DNA of 64,000 nt from Marispirochaeta sp. (GTDB lineage Bacteria; Spirochaetota; Spirochaetia; JC444; Marispirochaetaceae), in contig CAXXFF010000003.1 in the NCBI GenBank assembly GCA_963676835.2, positions 352,001 to 416,000 of the forward strand. Reading direction: 5' to 3'. Position 1 is the first letter of the stretch; each line of letters starts with the position of its first letter. Under the pieces are notes generated by a model. That model saw only the letters and a list, made by a program, of their open reading frames with translations, was not told where the DNA came from and did not search any database. Both the position numbers and the translations under genes were made by a program. Of the stretch, positions 10,809 to 21,268 are shown one piece after another.

Positions 10809-11817
10809 ACATCTAATTTCACGATACAAAAAAAAATATTTCGGCAAAAACCTTATTCCACAATGTATCCTTGATAAAGAACTTAGAATAACCTGGTACA
10901 ATCAATCATTCCTGCAACTTTTTCATAAAAACAAAGATCTTAAAGGTGTCCATATCGCCTCATTTATACAAATTACCGGTAGTGATGACACCTCACTGTT
11001 CCACCAGCTTTCCGATGCTTCCCGTGGATACGCCTTCTGCGGCAGGGGTGAATCAAGATTTAAACATCATGCGGCCCTTTTTACCAATATACATATTCTT
11101 CCCATTGTCAACTATGAGAACAAATCCAGAGAAGTTATTGGATATGAAGCAAGTTTTTATAATGTAACAGAACAGAACAAACAGAATACCCGTGCAATTT
11201 TTTCAAGTCTCCTGCAGGCATCATTGATGAAAGACAATGATACAGGAAAGCATATTGAACGGGTCAACCGCTTTTCCGAACTCATAGCCCGACATTTATA
11301 TGAAACCTCTTCGTACGACCAGGTGAACCTTGATTTTGTTGAAAACATATCATTTCTTGCAGCCATGCACGATGTGGGAAAAATAGGTATCCCTGATGAC
11401 ATCCTGAATAAAACAGGTCCTCTTGACGGGTGGGAATGGGAGGTTATGAAAACCCATACACTGAATGGTGCCTACATCCTCGGCTCATACCCGGACCCCA
11501 TGGCGGTGGAGATAGCCCGCAGTCATCATGAACGCTGGGATGGATCCGGGTACCCCTACGGTTTGATGGAAAACATGATCCCCTTAAGTGCCCGTATAGT
11601 GAGTATTGCGGATGTCTACGATGCCCTCAGGGTAAAACGGTCATATAAAGAGCCTATGACCCACGAAAAAGCTTCTGAAATTATTCTATTGGGGAAGGGA
11701 ACCCAGTTTGATCCAGCCATGGTCAGTGTTTTCGAAAATCTGGCCGGGGAATTTGAAAATATTTTCAGTCAGATGGAAGATCCGGATCCGGTTCGTCCTT
11801 CCGGCCGGGAACATTAA
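10795..11817 (+). CDS. HD-GYP c-di-GMP phosphodiesterase with N-terminal PAS-like region
   Basis: HDVGKIGIPDDILNK, HHERWDGSGYP, ADVYDAL; SD GGAGAG before ATG 10795. Confidence 0.88.
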   Translation: MELDKHLISRYKKKYFGKNLIPQCILDKELRITWYNQSFLQLFHKNKDLKGVHIASFIQITGSDDTSLFHQLSDASRGYAFCGRGESRFKHHAALFTNIHILPIVNYENKSREVIGYEASFYNVTEQNKQNTRAIFSSLLQASLMKDNDTGKHIERVNRFSELIARHLYETSSYDQVNLDFVENISFLAAMHDVGKIGIPDDILNKTGPLDGWEWEVMKTHTLNGAYILGSYPDPMAVEIARSHHERWDGSGYPYGLMENMIPLSARIVSIADVYDALRVKRSYKEPMTHEKASEIILLGKGTQFDPAMVSVFENLAGEFENIFSQMEDPDPVRPSGREH

Positions 11818-12031
11818 GCAGTCCTGCCAGTCCGCCTAAACTTGCGGGGGCTTTTGCGGCAGCCTGGTTTTCGTTCTGAATAGCCTGATATACTTCGTAG
11901 CGGTAGACTTTAACGCTCTGGGGTGCCATTATTCCAAGCTTTACATGTTCACCCTTCATTTCCAGAACGGAAATTTCAATGTCGTCACCAATAATTATCT
12001 TCTCGTTTAGTTTTCGACTGAGAATCAGCAT
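11765..12031 (-). CDS. csrA: Carbon storage regulator CsrA
   Basis: MLILSRKLNEKIIIGDDIEISVL...VKLGIMAP...VYRYEVY; follows fliW. Confidence 0.93.
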   Translation of the reverse strand: MLILSRKLNEKIIIGDDIEISVLEMKGEHVKLGIMAPQSVKVYRYEVYQAIQNENQAAAKAPASLGGLAGLLNVPGRKDEPDPDLPSD

Positions 12032-12486
12032 GCGGTATCACCTACCTGCTTCATCTCGTCAATTATCAGATGGCGGACGTGCCAGCGTTCATCATTTGAA
12101 ATTACCTGACGCCCTTCCCTTTTTTTGCGGTTTATTACCACAGGCCCCTGGAGGTTTGCTGTCATTCGTGACTGTTCTTCGGGAATAGTAACAATAACAA
12201 ATACCAGAAGATCCTCATCCTTGTCGGATTCCACTGCAAGAGCTTCAAGGTCTGAAGATGCGATACCAGGATTATAATCCGGCCTGAAAACATAGGGGCT
12301 TACAAGCACAAAGGCGATTTCACTGTCATCAAGAGACTGAAACCAATAGAAAGGAGGCTGTTCAGAATCAAGCAGTGCAAATCTGCTGTACCCGTCAAAC
12401 CCAAACAGACCTTTCTGCAGTGTTACAATCTGCCGTTCGCTTATCTCCATACTGCCGTATGCTTTTGTTTCAATCTGCATTGTCAC
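12025..12486 (-). CDS. fliW: Flagellar assembly factor FliW
   Basis: GLFGF, PFYWFQSLDD, MTANLQGPVVIN motifs. Confidence 0.92.
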   Translation of the reverse strand: MTMQIETKAYGSMEISERQIVTLQKGLFGFDGYSRFALLDSEQPPFYWFQSLDDSEIAFVLVSPYVFRPDYNPGIASSDLEALAVESDKDEDLLVFVIVTIPEEQSRMTANLQGPVVINRKKREGRQVISNDERWHVRHLIIDEMKQVGDTAC

Positions 12487-12513
12487 CTTTCTCCAACCGA
12501 AATTTTTCCTTAA

Positions 12514-13758
12514 TCAACGGAGAAAATCCATTAATGTAGGCTGCAGTATCCTGCCGGCAGTCTGCAGCGCTGCTTTGTGGGTATATTCAAGCATCTTCAG
12601 TTCCATGATTGCTTCAGCCATATCTATATCCGCAGCCAGAGACTGCTGTTCCTGGGTCTGGGGAATTTCACGGTTCAGGCGGTTCCAGACCACTTCCATA
12701 CGTTCATCAATTGATCCCAGCTTGGCGATTTCTTCAGTAAGATTGTTCTGAGCCAGTGTGATACCTTTAATCCCACGTCCGCTTATATCCAGGGTATCCC
12801 CTTTGTACAGACTGTCCCTCAGGGATATAACCATATCAAATACTGAACCTCCCGCCTGTCTGGCATCTTTATCGATATTAAACGGCGGTCTTCCATCACC
12901 GGAAACAATACCCAGGCTCTGCAGGACATTACCGCCCTGCTCATCTTCCAGTAGAATCTGATGAGGAACGGTACTGCGAATGTTGAGAGAGTTGGTAACC
13001 GGGTCAAGGTAGGCGTCTACCGCCGCATCCGAATCCATTATTTTTGCAATGACCCCGTGGATATTATCTCCCGCAGAGAGAGGTACCCGTATCCCGTCGA
13101 TAAGCAGTGCTGTATCCTCCGGAACGGTATATCCTGTACTGTCAACGGATGAAAAAATCTGATGCTGCTCTGCCCAGAAAAGTTTATTGCCGGTAAATCC
13201 GGTGGGAAGCATATTATCTTCAGATATTTCCACCAGGTTTTCTCTGTTTCCGCCGACATATTCCACCGAAGAGATCACCCTGCCGTTGATATCCGGTACC
13301 CGGCCTTCCAGAACCCGGAAAGGCTCTGTAAGGTTACGGTCTCCGCCGAAAATCCGGGTACCATCGGCACCGCTTGAGTTAGCCACAACCACCAGCTCTT
13401 TTAGAAGCTCATTGACCTCCTGGCCCATAAGCTTTTTGTCTTCTTTGGTGAATGTTCCGGTTGCTCCCTGAACAGCCAGTTCCCGCACCCGGTGGAGTAT
13501 CTGGTTGGCCTCGGTCATATATCCCTCGGCCACCCTCCGGGAGCTCTGCACATTCTCCACATTATCCTGAAAGCGGTTCAGCCTGGTAATACGGGACATA
13601 TAGCGGCTGGAATGAGCAGCGGCTACAGGATCGTCTCTCAGATTACCAATCCTGGTCTGTTCTGCCATATTATTCTGCAGCTCATTCATCATCTGCTGAC
13701 GTCGATAGGTATGATAAATCATGTCATTATTTGACTGATTGGTACTGACTCTATTCAT
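12514..13758 (-). CDS. flgL: Flagellar hook-associated protein FlgL
   Basis: Flagellin-like N-terminus (RDDPVAA), C-terminal PTLMDFLR; follows flgK. Confidence 0.92.
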   Translation of the reverse strand: MNRVSTNQSNNDMIYHTYRRQQMMNELQNNMAEQTRIGNLRDDPVAAAHSSRYMSRITRLNRFQDNVENVQSSRRVAEGYMTEANQILHRVRELAVQGATGTFTKEDKKLMGQEVNELLKELVVVANSSGADGTRIFGGDRNLTEPFRVLEGRVPDINGRVISSVEYVGGNRENLVEISEDNMLPTGFTGNKLFWAEQHQIFSSVDSTGYTVPEDTALLIDGIRVPLSAGDNIHGVIAKIMDSDAAVDAYLDPVTNSLNIRSTVPHQILLEDEQGGNVLQSLGIVSGDGRPPFNIDKDARQAGGSVFDMVISLRDSLYKGDTLDISGRGIKGITLAQNNLTEEIAKLGSIDERMEVVWNRLNREIPQTQEQQSLAADIDMAEAIMELKMLEYTHKAALQTAGRILQPTLMDFLR

Positions 13759-13791
13759 TAATCAAGTCTCCTTTTTTAGCCATGTCACGCA

Positions 13792-15669
13792 CTAGACGCC
13801 AAGCCGGTTTATTATGGTATCCAGCATTGAGTTGAAGGTGCTGACAAACCGTGCCGCCGCGTTATATCCATGCTGAAACTTTATAAGCTGGGAGAACTCT
13901 TCATCTATATTTACTCCGGAAATAGCCTCTTTCATTCCTTCAAGTTCCTTCATTACCAGATTTTCTGTTTCAGCGGTCCGTTCCGCCTGCTCTCCCCTCA
14001 AACCGACATCGGCAATAGTTTCTGCAAAGAAATCATCGAAACTCATAAGATTTCCCAGCAGTACAGGCTTCGTCCTCAGCTGTGCTACAGAGAGGGCGGC
14101 ACTTCCGTCACCGGGATTGGCCGGTCTTCCATTTTCGCCAAACCCTGCGGCCAGACGGTTAACATCATTTTTAATGGCTGAATTGATCTCTATCCACCCC
14201 GAGGGATGAGCAACAGGCGCTACTGAATATGAATCACCGCCGCCGCGGAAAGCGCTTACTGCGTCTGCCTGTTCCCAGTCGTATGCACCATCTGCTCCGG
14301 CCTGCTGCAGGATGCCTGAGTATCCTGCAAGAAACTGTCCCGAATCTTCCACATGTCTCATAACAAAATCCGGATTGTTACGGTCCGAGGCAGGCAGAGC
14401 CTTGAGTGTCATATGCCCGTCCCTATTCAGTCGGGCAACAATTTCGGATCCGGAGCGGTTGATACGGTTAATCACATCCCCGACTGTGTCTGTGGGGTTA
14501 TAGTTTATCTCACGATTCCCATCAGGTCCTGACAGTGTAATAGTCCCGGCAAGTCCGATATGATCCTGAAGGTCGAGCTGGGTATTGCCGGTTACCCGGA
14601 AGATATATGAAGAATCGAATTCTCCATCTCCGTTTCTGTCATAGTTTCCGGCAACATCGGTAACAAAGGGCACTTCTTCAAAGAAGTTTTCTCCTTTTTC
14701 ACCGTTAAGGCCGTAAGCGGAAGTGTGAATCTCATTGACCAGGTCTATGTAGTTCATTGCGAGGACATCGAGTTTCTGGATTTCACCACGTATATCGCCA
14801 TCCCGCAGGTCGAGCAGGGATTTCAGTTTCCCCCCGGTAAAATGTGTCTCTTCTCCGTTATCTGCCCATACAACCGCAGAGTAGCCTTCATTCTGTGGAT
14901 CCGGTTCTATTCTCAAAGGATGAATTACCCGGCCCTGCATCAGATGCAGTCCCTGGGTGTGCACGGAAAATTCATCGGGATCACGGTTGTCCACGGTGAT
15001 ATTCATAATGCCGGAAAGCTCTTTTATAAGCAGATCCCGCCTGTCGAGGAGGTCGTTGGGGTTATCTCCAAGGGCTTCCACTTTTACAATTTCCTCATTG
15101 AGAGAACGCACGTCGTTGAGTATACCGTTAACCCTGCCGACGGTTACCTGGACATCATCGTCCACCATGGTGCGGAGCTCTTTCATACGGCTGTACTGCC
15201 GGTTTATACCGTTCATGAGGGTTTCCCCCCTCTGAACAACAGCTTGTCTTGCCGCGGCTTCCTGTGGGTGAATACTGAGCTCCTGCCATCCATCCCAGAA
15301 CTGATCCATAAGGGTTCGAACAGAAGATTCAGTAGGTTCGTTATAAATCTGCTCGAGCTGAAGCATGTAGTTGTCACGGGTATCCCAGTATCCACGTCCA
15401 TTAGCCCTGGCCACGATCTTACCTTCAAGCAGTTCGTCGTGCACCCGCTCAATTCTGGCTATATCAACACCCTGTCCGATTTGTCCCGGGGTATTTTCAC
15501 GGTTCAACTGGGGCATATAGAGAGGATCTGTGGGCTTAAAATGGACCCGCTGCCGTGAATACCCCTCAACAGAGGCGTTACTCAGGTTATGTCCTACAGT
15601 GGTCATTCCCTGGGTATTGGCAATGAGACTTCGTTTACCTATTTCTATTCCGGAAAATGTTGACTGCAT
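13792..15669 (-). CDS. flgK: Flagellar hook-associated protein FlgK
   Basis: GHNLSNASVEGYSRQRV; SGVNIDEE...QHGYNAAAR. Confidence 0.95.
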   Translation of the reverse strand: MQSTFSGIEIGKRSLIANTQGMTTVGHNLSNASVEGYSRQRVHFKPTDPLYMPQLNRENTPGQIGQGVDIARIERVHDELLEGKIVARANGRGYWDTRDNYMLQLEQIYNEPTESSVRTLMDQFWDGWQELSIHPQEAAARQAVVQRGETLMNGINRQYSRMKELRTMVDDDVQVTVGRVNGILNDVRSLNEEIVKVEALGDNPNDLLDRRDLLIKELSGIMNITVDNRDPDEFSVHTQGLHLMQGRVIHPLRIEPDPQNEGYSAVVWADNGEETHFTGGKLKSLLDLRDGDIRGEIQKLDVLAMNYIDLVNEIHTSAYGLNGEKGENFFEEVPFVTDVAGNYDRNGDGEFDSSYIFRVTGNTQLDLQDHIGLAGTITLSGPDGNREINYNPTDTVGDVINRINRSGSEIVARLNRDGHMTLKALPASDRNNPDFVMRHVEDSGQFLAGYSGILQQAGADGAYDWEQADAVSAFRGGGDSYSVAPVAHPSGWIEINSAIKNDVNRLAAGFGENGRPANPGDGSAALSVAQLRTKPVLLGNLMSFDDFFAETIADVGLRGEQAERTAETENLVMKELEGMKEAISGVNIDEEFSQLIKFQHGYNAAARFVSTFNSMLDTIINRLGV

Positions 15670-15681
15670 TATGCAGGCTCC

Positions 15682-16188
15682 TTACAGGTGCTGATTAACA
15701 ACCAGCGGTTCGGTATCGGCGGTTTTTTCAGTCCCCCGCCTTGAATAGAGTTTACCTTTACGATAGGGAAACAGTTCGTTCAGTACAGCCTGCATCGTTT
15801 CGCTGACGCTCCTGATATGGGAATCGAGGCTCCAGGTGAGGCCGCGTATTTTAACAGTAGCGAACTTCAGACTGCGGTAAAGCTCAGCGCATTCGGAGCG
15901 GAGATCTTCTTCCAGGCTTGATATGGCCTGATAAAAGGGAATTTCTTCCCCGGTGGAATTCCTTCCACAGAAAACCGCGTATAAGTCATTACGTTTCTTT
16001 TCAGTAGAATCTATCCAGTCTGCCAGGCGGTTCATCTCTTCTATGAGCTCGGAGAGATTCTCCCAGTTGCTGGTTTTCAGAGTTTCCTGCAGGATTTCCT
16101 CTTTTGCCCGAAACTCTTCAAGCAGGGTTATCTCCTGCTTCATTATTTCCATCAGGCTGTGGACTGTTCCGGTACTCTTCGGTGCCAT
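15682..16188 (-). CDS. flgN: Flagellar export chaperone FlgN-like protein
   Basis: Helical 168-aa protein first in the flgK-flgL operon; ends VVNQHL. Confidence 0.65.
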   Translation of the reverse strand: MAPKSTGTVHSLMEIMKQEITLLEEFRAKEEILQETLKTSNWENLSELIEEMNRLADWIDSTEKKRNDLYAVFCGRNSTGEEIPFYQAISSLEEDLRSECAELYRSLKFATVKIRGLTWSLDSHIRSVSETMQAVLNELFPYRKGKLYSRRGTEKTADTEPLVVNQHL

Positions 16189-16207
16189 AGATACTCCTCT
16201 ATCTCTA

Positions 16208-16235
16208 TAATCGGCCTGTTTTGAAGGTCAATTAA
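16208..16235 (-). promoter_or_regulatory. Sigma28 (FliA) promoter of the flgN-flgK-flgL-fliW-csrA operon
   Basis: Minus strand TTAA-16 nt-GCCGATTA, ending about 20 nt upstream of the flgN start. Confidence 0.75.
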
Positions 16236-16264
16236 CAGAAAAAGAAGAAGCAGAAGGGGAGAAA

Positions 16265-17677
16265 TTACTGTTTACGGATAATTTTAAGATCGTTTGTAAG
16301 CAGGCTGTTTCCGGGGATTTCTTCCAGAATATGGAGAATAAGCTGCTCTGCTTCAGCCTTCCGTCCCGCTTGATAGAGTTCTACAAAGCGGTTGTGAGCA
16401 GATGCCGCTGCATTATAGGTAAAGACTTCCAGAGCCCGTTTAAAGCGGGGATCACGGCTGTCTGCAGCATCACTGCCGCGAAGGTACTTCAGAGCCTGAA
16501 GATCACCCTCTTCCTGCTCCACTGTCTGGGCCTGACGTATATGCAGGATCACCCTGTACTGTTCAAGAACATCGTCTGCAATCATGCTGCGGGAATAAAG
16601 TTCTTCAAGTTTTTCCAGTGCCGTGAGGGGCAGCTCTTTTTCACTGATTTCATATATGAGACGTTCACCGACTATCTGGCGGTAGGAAGCAGCCCTCAGA
16701 GGTTCAAGATCGCCGTTCTGTTCCCTCTTACCTATCTCTTCAAGGATGGCCTGACTTCCAGCCTGACCCTTGAGACTGACTGCGGCATTATAGACCAGGG
16801 TATCGATTATGGCTTTATAATCAGCATGGGTACCCCAGCGGCTGCGGACAAGATCAAGAAACTCAAGGGCTTCCAGGTAGCGCCCCCTGCCGTTCATTAC
16901 CGAAGCGTAATTGATAAATTCCTTGCGCATCTCCATTGCCGAACGCTCTGTGCCGGCAAGAGCATGCCTGTCCACAGCCAGGGGTACCGTAAGATCTATC
17001 CGGTTTTCTTTCTGCAGCACAGATATGCGGTTCTGAAGTATCAGCCCGATAAGTTCCAGGCTATCGATGCTTGTCCTCAAACGATAGTTACCCGGAGGGA
17101 CATAGGTAAAACCGGTCTGGCCGAAGGCATTACTGAACTCCCGTTTCTGACCGGGGTTGTATCCATGGGGATTTGTAGTTTCCACATCAATCCCCTGATC
17201 AACAAAGGGGAGATGACAAAAAGCATGGTCCTGAGTTACCACCCCTTCAACCTGGAGACCCTGTGCAGAGGAGGCTATGAGATAGATTACCGCACTGGAA
17301 ACACAGTTATAGCGGCCGGTATCAATAAGAACATCTATTCTGGTCTGCGGTTCCAGATAGGCCTGAAAGAGGTTTTCATGGAGAAACAGCAGAACCCCTT
17401 CGCCTTTCGGTATATCCGCCGGCAAATCTTCCAGATACGCCGGCAGCGGCTTTAGAGAGTTTTCAATTTTCTGCAGGTATGCCCCTACAGCCCGTTCCGG
17501 AACCCCCGATGCGAATAAGGAAAGTTCTATGAGCTTATCAGTAGAAATGGAACCTGCCCGGGGGATCTCACTGGTCCATCGTGATGGTTCAATACCCGGG
17601 TAATCAGCAAACAAAGCAGCTGAGACCAGGAGAACATACAGCAGAACATATATAGCTTTTTCGACGAGCCTTCCCAT
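16265..17677 (-). CDS. Exported protein with transglutaminase-like (Cys-His-acid) domain and helical C-terminus
   Basis: Signal peptide after M at 17677; YNCVSS, DHAFC, DVETT motifs. Confidence 0.6.
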   Translation of the reverse strand: MGRLVEKAIYVLLYVLLVSAALFADYPGIEPSRWTSEIPRAGSISTDKLIELSLFASGVPERAVGAYLQKIENSLKPLPAYLEDLPADIPKGEGVLLFLHENLFQAYLEPQTRIDVLIDTGRYNCVSSAVIYLIASSAQGLQVEGVVTQDHAFCHLPFVDQGIDVETTNPHGYNPGQKREFSNAFGQTGFTYVPPGNYRLRTSIDSLELIGLILQNRISVLQKENRIDLTVPLAVDRHALAGTERSAMEMRKEFINYASVMNGRGRYLEALEFLDLVRSRWGTHADYKAIIDTLVYNAAVSLKGQAGSQAILEEIGKREQNGDLEPLRAASYRQIVGERLIYEISEKELPLTALEKLEELYSRSMIADDVLEQYRVILHIRQAQTVEQEEGDLQALKYLRGSDAADSRDPRFKRALEVFTYNAAASAHNRFVELYQAGRKAEAEQLILHILEEIPGNSLLTNDLKIIRKQ

Positions 17678-17748
17678 AGGGGAAATATTACGAGTATAAT
17701 TGCAGCTGTTCAAGCCGTTCGTCAGGCCTGATAACAAGGAGTAGTAAG

Positions 17749-18678
17749 ATGCAGCAGCGTGACCTGGTAATTATAGGAGCAGGAACAGCCGGTTTGAGTG
17801 CAGCCCAGCACGCCAGGGAAGCAGGGCTTGATACTCTGGTTATTGAGGAAATGGCCCCCGGGGGTCAGGCACTGACCATCAATGAGCTGCAGAATTTCCC
17901 GGGCTGCGGAGAAGGAACAACAGGAATTGAGTTTGCCATGGGCCTCGAAAAACAGACCAGAAGCTTCGGGGTAGAGTTTCTTAATTCCCCGGCGCTGTCC
18001 ATTGAAAAGCGGGGAGACAGATTTTTTATAAAGTCTCCCAAGGATGATATCGAAGCAGGTGCAGTTATTCTTGCAACCGGCTCAGCAAAGAACAAAGCAG
18101 AAATCCCCGGCGAAGCCGACCTGTCGGGTAAAGGCGTCTCCTACTGTGCAACCTGTGACGGCCCTTTTTTCAAGAATAAACGTATTCTCGTAATCGGTGG
18201 TGGAGACTCCGCCTGTGATGAAGCCATGTATTTGTCAAAACTGTCAAACAGGGTAAGCCTGGTTCACCGCGGGACAAAGCTGAGTGCCAGGGCAGCCCTT
18301 GCAGAGAAAGTTCTGAATAATCCCAATATAACAGTCAGGCTTGAAACAAGAGTGACAGCCATCCGGGGTGACAAAAAGGTTGACTCGGTGCTCCTGGACA
18401 ACAGCGACGGAGGGGAGACCCTTTCCGTTGACGGCGTGTTTATTTTCACCGGGAGTTCTCCCCGGAGTGAACTTGCTCCGGCAGAAGTCAGCAAAGACCA
18501 TAACGGAAGAGTTATTACCGATGAGATGATGCATTCAAGTCTTCCCGGTTTTTTTGCCGCAGGCGAAGTCCGCAATACGCCTTTCCGACAGCTGGTAGTC
18601 GCGGCGGGAGAGGGTGCTGTTGCCGCCCTGGGAGCTGCCAGATATCTCGCCGGGGTCAATGGAGATAACCAAGATTAA
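17749..18678 (+). CDS. trxB: Thioredoxin-disulfide reductase
   Basis: IIGAGTAG, GVSYCATCDG, VIGGGDSA. Confidence 0.88.
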   Translation: MQQRDLVIIGAGTAGLSAAQHAREAGLDTLVIEEMAPGGQALTINELQNFPGCGEGTTGIEFAMGLEKQTRSFGVEFLNSPALSIEKRGDRFFIKSPKDDIEAGAVILATGSAKNKAEIPGEADLSGKGVSYCATCDGPFFKNKRILVIGGGDSACDEAMYLSKLSNRVSLVHRGTKLSARAALAEKVLNNPNITVRLETRVTAIRGDKKVDSVLLDNSDGGETLSVDGVFIFTGSSPRSELAPAEVSKDHNGRVITDEMMHSSLPGFFAAGEVRNTPFRQLVVAAGEGAVAALGAARYLAGVNGDNQD

Positions 18679-20356
18679 CCGCCGGATCACTCTTTCCCTG
18701 CTATTCTTTCTTTTTGTCCCTGGCACGACACTTCTCCGCGCTGACAACCCGATATGGGATATTGATATCCGCGGGGGGTCTCAGGCATCTGCAATAGTTG
18801 ATTCCATGTCCGATGAAGAACTTCTTGGTCAGGTTTTTATGATAGGCTTCACCGGCCCAGGTGCCGACCCTGTTATTCTTCGCTGGATACGGGAAAAACA
18901 TATCGGCGGGGTGAAAATTTTCGGCTGGAACGGCGACAACCTTCCTCTCTTAACAGAAGCCTCAGGCGTAATGCAGGAAACGGCCCTTTCCGCTTCAACG
19001 GGGATTCCCCTGTTCATTGCCACCGATCAGGAAGGGGGCTGGGTCCGTCATGTAAAAGGGTCAACCTCCACCACCCCGGGAAATATGAGTATAGGCGCTA
19101 CGGGCCTCCCCTTCGATGCCTACAGAACCGGTAAACTTATTGGTTCTGAACTGAGGGCAATGGGAATCAACATGAACTTTGCCCCCGACGTAGATGTTTA
19201 TGTAAATCCGGAAGCCCATGTTATCGGACCCCGGGCTTTTTCTTCAGATCCCATGGAAACAGCGGTTTTGAGTCAGGCATATTTTCACGGTATGCGTTCT
19301 CAGGGGATTGTCTGCACTGCCAAACATTTTCCGGGCCACGGCAATGCCGATAAAGATTCCCATGGGAGCCTGCCCATTATTAACGATACCCTTGATACCG
19401 CAATGGAGAGAGATCTGATTCCCTACCGCATGCTGATTCCCGAGGGACTCCCGGCAATTATGACAGGGCATCTGGCATTTCCCCGTATAACCGGCGATAA
19501 CACCCCGGCCTCGCTTTCTCCAGCACTGGTCAATGGAGTACTCCGGGAAAAGCTCGGCTTTGAAGGGCTGATTATTACCGATGATCTGCGGATGAACGGT
19601 GCCCAGTACAACGGTGAAGGGATACCCCAGGCAGCCGAAGACGCTCTGCGGGCAGGAAATGATATGATTTTAATCTCCCAGGACCGTTGGCTTCACCAGC
19701 GGGTATGGGATCACCTCTATGCACTTCTGCAAAGGGATTCCTCATTCCGGGTACGCCTTGAAGAGGCGGTAAAGCATGTTCTTCAGGTAAAGGAAGAGTA
19801 CCTGATTCCCGACTGGAGAGTACCCTTTAAACCTGATCCTGCCCAACTTGCCAATGCCATCCCGGCGGATGAAGAGTTTCTGCGTCAGCAGGCAGCAAGG
19901 GCTGTTACCACGGTATCCGACAAAAGCCTGCCGGTTAAAAATGATGAACGAATTCTTCTAACCGGTCAGCTCGGCGGCTTTTTCAAGGCGGGGAGAATCA
20001 AATATCCCGGGGCTTCAGTATTTGAATTCAGTTATAATCCGTTCTACAGTGCCCCTTCAGGTGCAGCCGCAGGAATTCTTGCCCGCTCAGGCAGGTATGA
20101 CAGAATAATTTTCTGCCTTGCTACGCCCGGCAGCTTTGAAGTGCTGAAACAGCTTGTAAAAGAAGATCCCGGTATTACAAAGAAGATTGCAGTTATCTCC
20201 GTTCTGACTCCGGTCTATCTGCGGGAAATGCCGGATCTGCCTGCGGCCCTTGCAGCCTACGGGATGGGGGATGAATCATTTGAAGCTGCTTTTTCTGCTC
20301 TTGCGGGAGAGTTTATTCCCCGGGGAAAAATCCCCCTGTATCAGCAGATGCAGTAA
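18659..20356 (+). CDS. GH3 beta-N-acetylhexosaminidase (NagZ-like), exported
   Basis: ATDQEGG, NFAPDVD, KHFPGHGNADKDSH, IITDDLRM; signal peptide. Confidence 0.88.
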   Translation: MEITKINRRITLSLLFFLFVPGTTLLRADNPIWDIDIRGGSQASAIVDSMSDEELLGQVFMIGFTGPGADPVILRWIREKHIGGVKIFGWNGDNLPLLTEASGVMQETALSASTGIPLFIATDQEGGWVRHVKGSTSTTPGNMSIGATGLPFDAYRTGKLIGSELRAMGINMNFAPDVDVYVNPEAHVIGPRAFSSDPMETAVLSQAYFHGMRSQGIVCTAKHFPGHGNADKDSHGSLPIINDTLDTAMERDLIPYRMLIPEGLPAIMTGHLAFPRITGDNTPASLSPALVNGVLREKLGFEGLIITDDLRMNGAQYNGEGIPQAAEDALRAGNDMILISQDRWLHQRVWDHLYALLQRDSSFRVRLEEAVKHVLQVKEEYLIPDWRVPFKPDPAQLANAIPADEEFLRQQAARAVTTVSDKSLPVKNDERILLTGQLGGFFKAGRIKYPGASVFEFSYNPFYSAPSGAAAGILARSGRYDRIIFCLATPGSFEVLKQLVKEDPGITKKIAVISVLTPVYLREMPDLPAALAAYGMGDESFEAAFSALAGEFIPRGKIPLYQQMQ

Positions 20357-21226
20357 ATGAACGGCAAGCTTATGAAACAGGAAATAGTACCCTACCACCC
20401 TGCCATCTCTACCGGTATTGCAGGATACCTCAGAGAGAGTGAAGAGTACTGGACCGGACTGACGAGCAGGCTTTTTCGTAAAGGAAAACTGCTTGCACCT
20501 GCAAGAAAAAGCGATATTCTCACACTTATTGAAAACAGCGCCATCCGCGGAGTTGTATACAACACTTCCGAAGGCTATACCTTTCCTGCTGTGCATTGGC
20601 CCTGGACAACAGAAACAGAAGATTCATTGCAAAATGTTTTCTCCTCTCTGAAAAATATCAGTACTCTCATGGGTGACAGTCATACCGTTGATCTGGCAAT
20701 ATCCAGCCGCAATAAACAACCTGCCTACCGGATTGATTATCTGCTCATGGCACGGCCTGCTTCGTATTCTATACCAGGCGAAGCCCTTCCCGGGGGGGAG
20801 GAAATTTTTCCTGCCGACAGAGCTATGGCAAGAGCCCTCTATCCCCTGCAGAAAGATTATGAGATAGAGGAAGTTTTGCTGCAGCCGGACAAATTCAACT
20901 CACTTATCTGTATGACCCATTTAAAAGAGACTCTGAACAATCAGATTGTATTCGCTGCCCGAAGAAACCGCCGCTTTGTAGCGAAAGCAGGAACCAATGC
21001 ACAGGGGCTAAACTGGGCTCAGATCGGAGGCGTATATACCGCGCCGGAGTTCCGCGGTCAGGGTATTTCCCGGAGATTGATGCAGAGAGTGCTTCAAAAA
21101 CTTGCAGAGACTCAGCAGGGAGCGACTCTTTTTGTCAAGAAAACCAATGGACCGGCTATTCATCTGTACCGGAAAATCGGCTTTTATGAACTTGCCCCCT
21201 TCAGCATTGCCTATTTTCGCAGATAG
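20357..21226 (+). CDS. GNAT family N-acetyltransferase
   Basis: IGGVYTAPEFRGQG...NGPAIHLYRKIGF. Confidence 0.85.
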   Translation: MNGKLMKQEIVPYHPAISTGIAGYLRESEEYWTGLTSRLFRKGKLLAPARKSDILTLIENSAIRGVVYNTSEGYTFPAVHWPWTTETEDSLQNVFSSLKNISTLMGDSHTVDLAISSRNKQPAYRIDYLLMARPASYSIPGEALPGGEEIFPADRAMARALYPLQKDYEIEEVLLQPDKFNSLICMTHLKETLNNQIVFAARRNRRFVAKAGTNAQGLNWAQIGGVYTAPEFRGQGISRRLMQRVLQKLAETQQGATLFVKKTNGPAIHLYRKIGFYELAPFSIAYFRR

Positions 21227-21268
21227 TCATCTCGCATAAAAAAGCACTTCCCGCTATACTGACTCCTC

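Noticed and set aside
9691..11817. tsaE/tsaB/HD-GYP inside a flagellar cluster as a novel association
   Set aside because: From recollection this order downstream of fliD is also present in Treponema, so it is likely ancestral synteny
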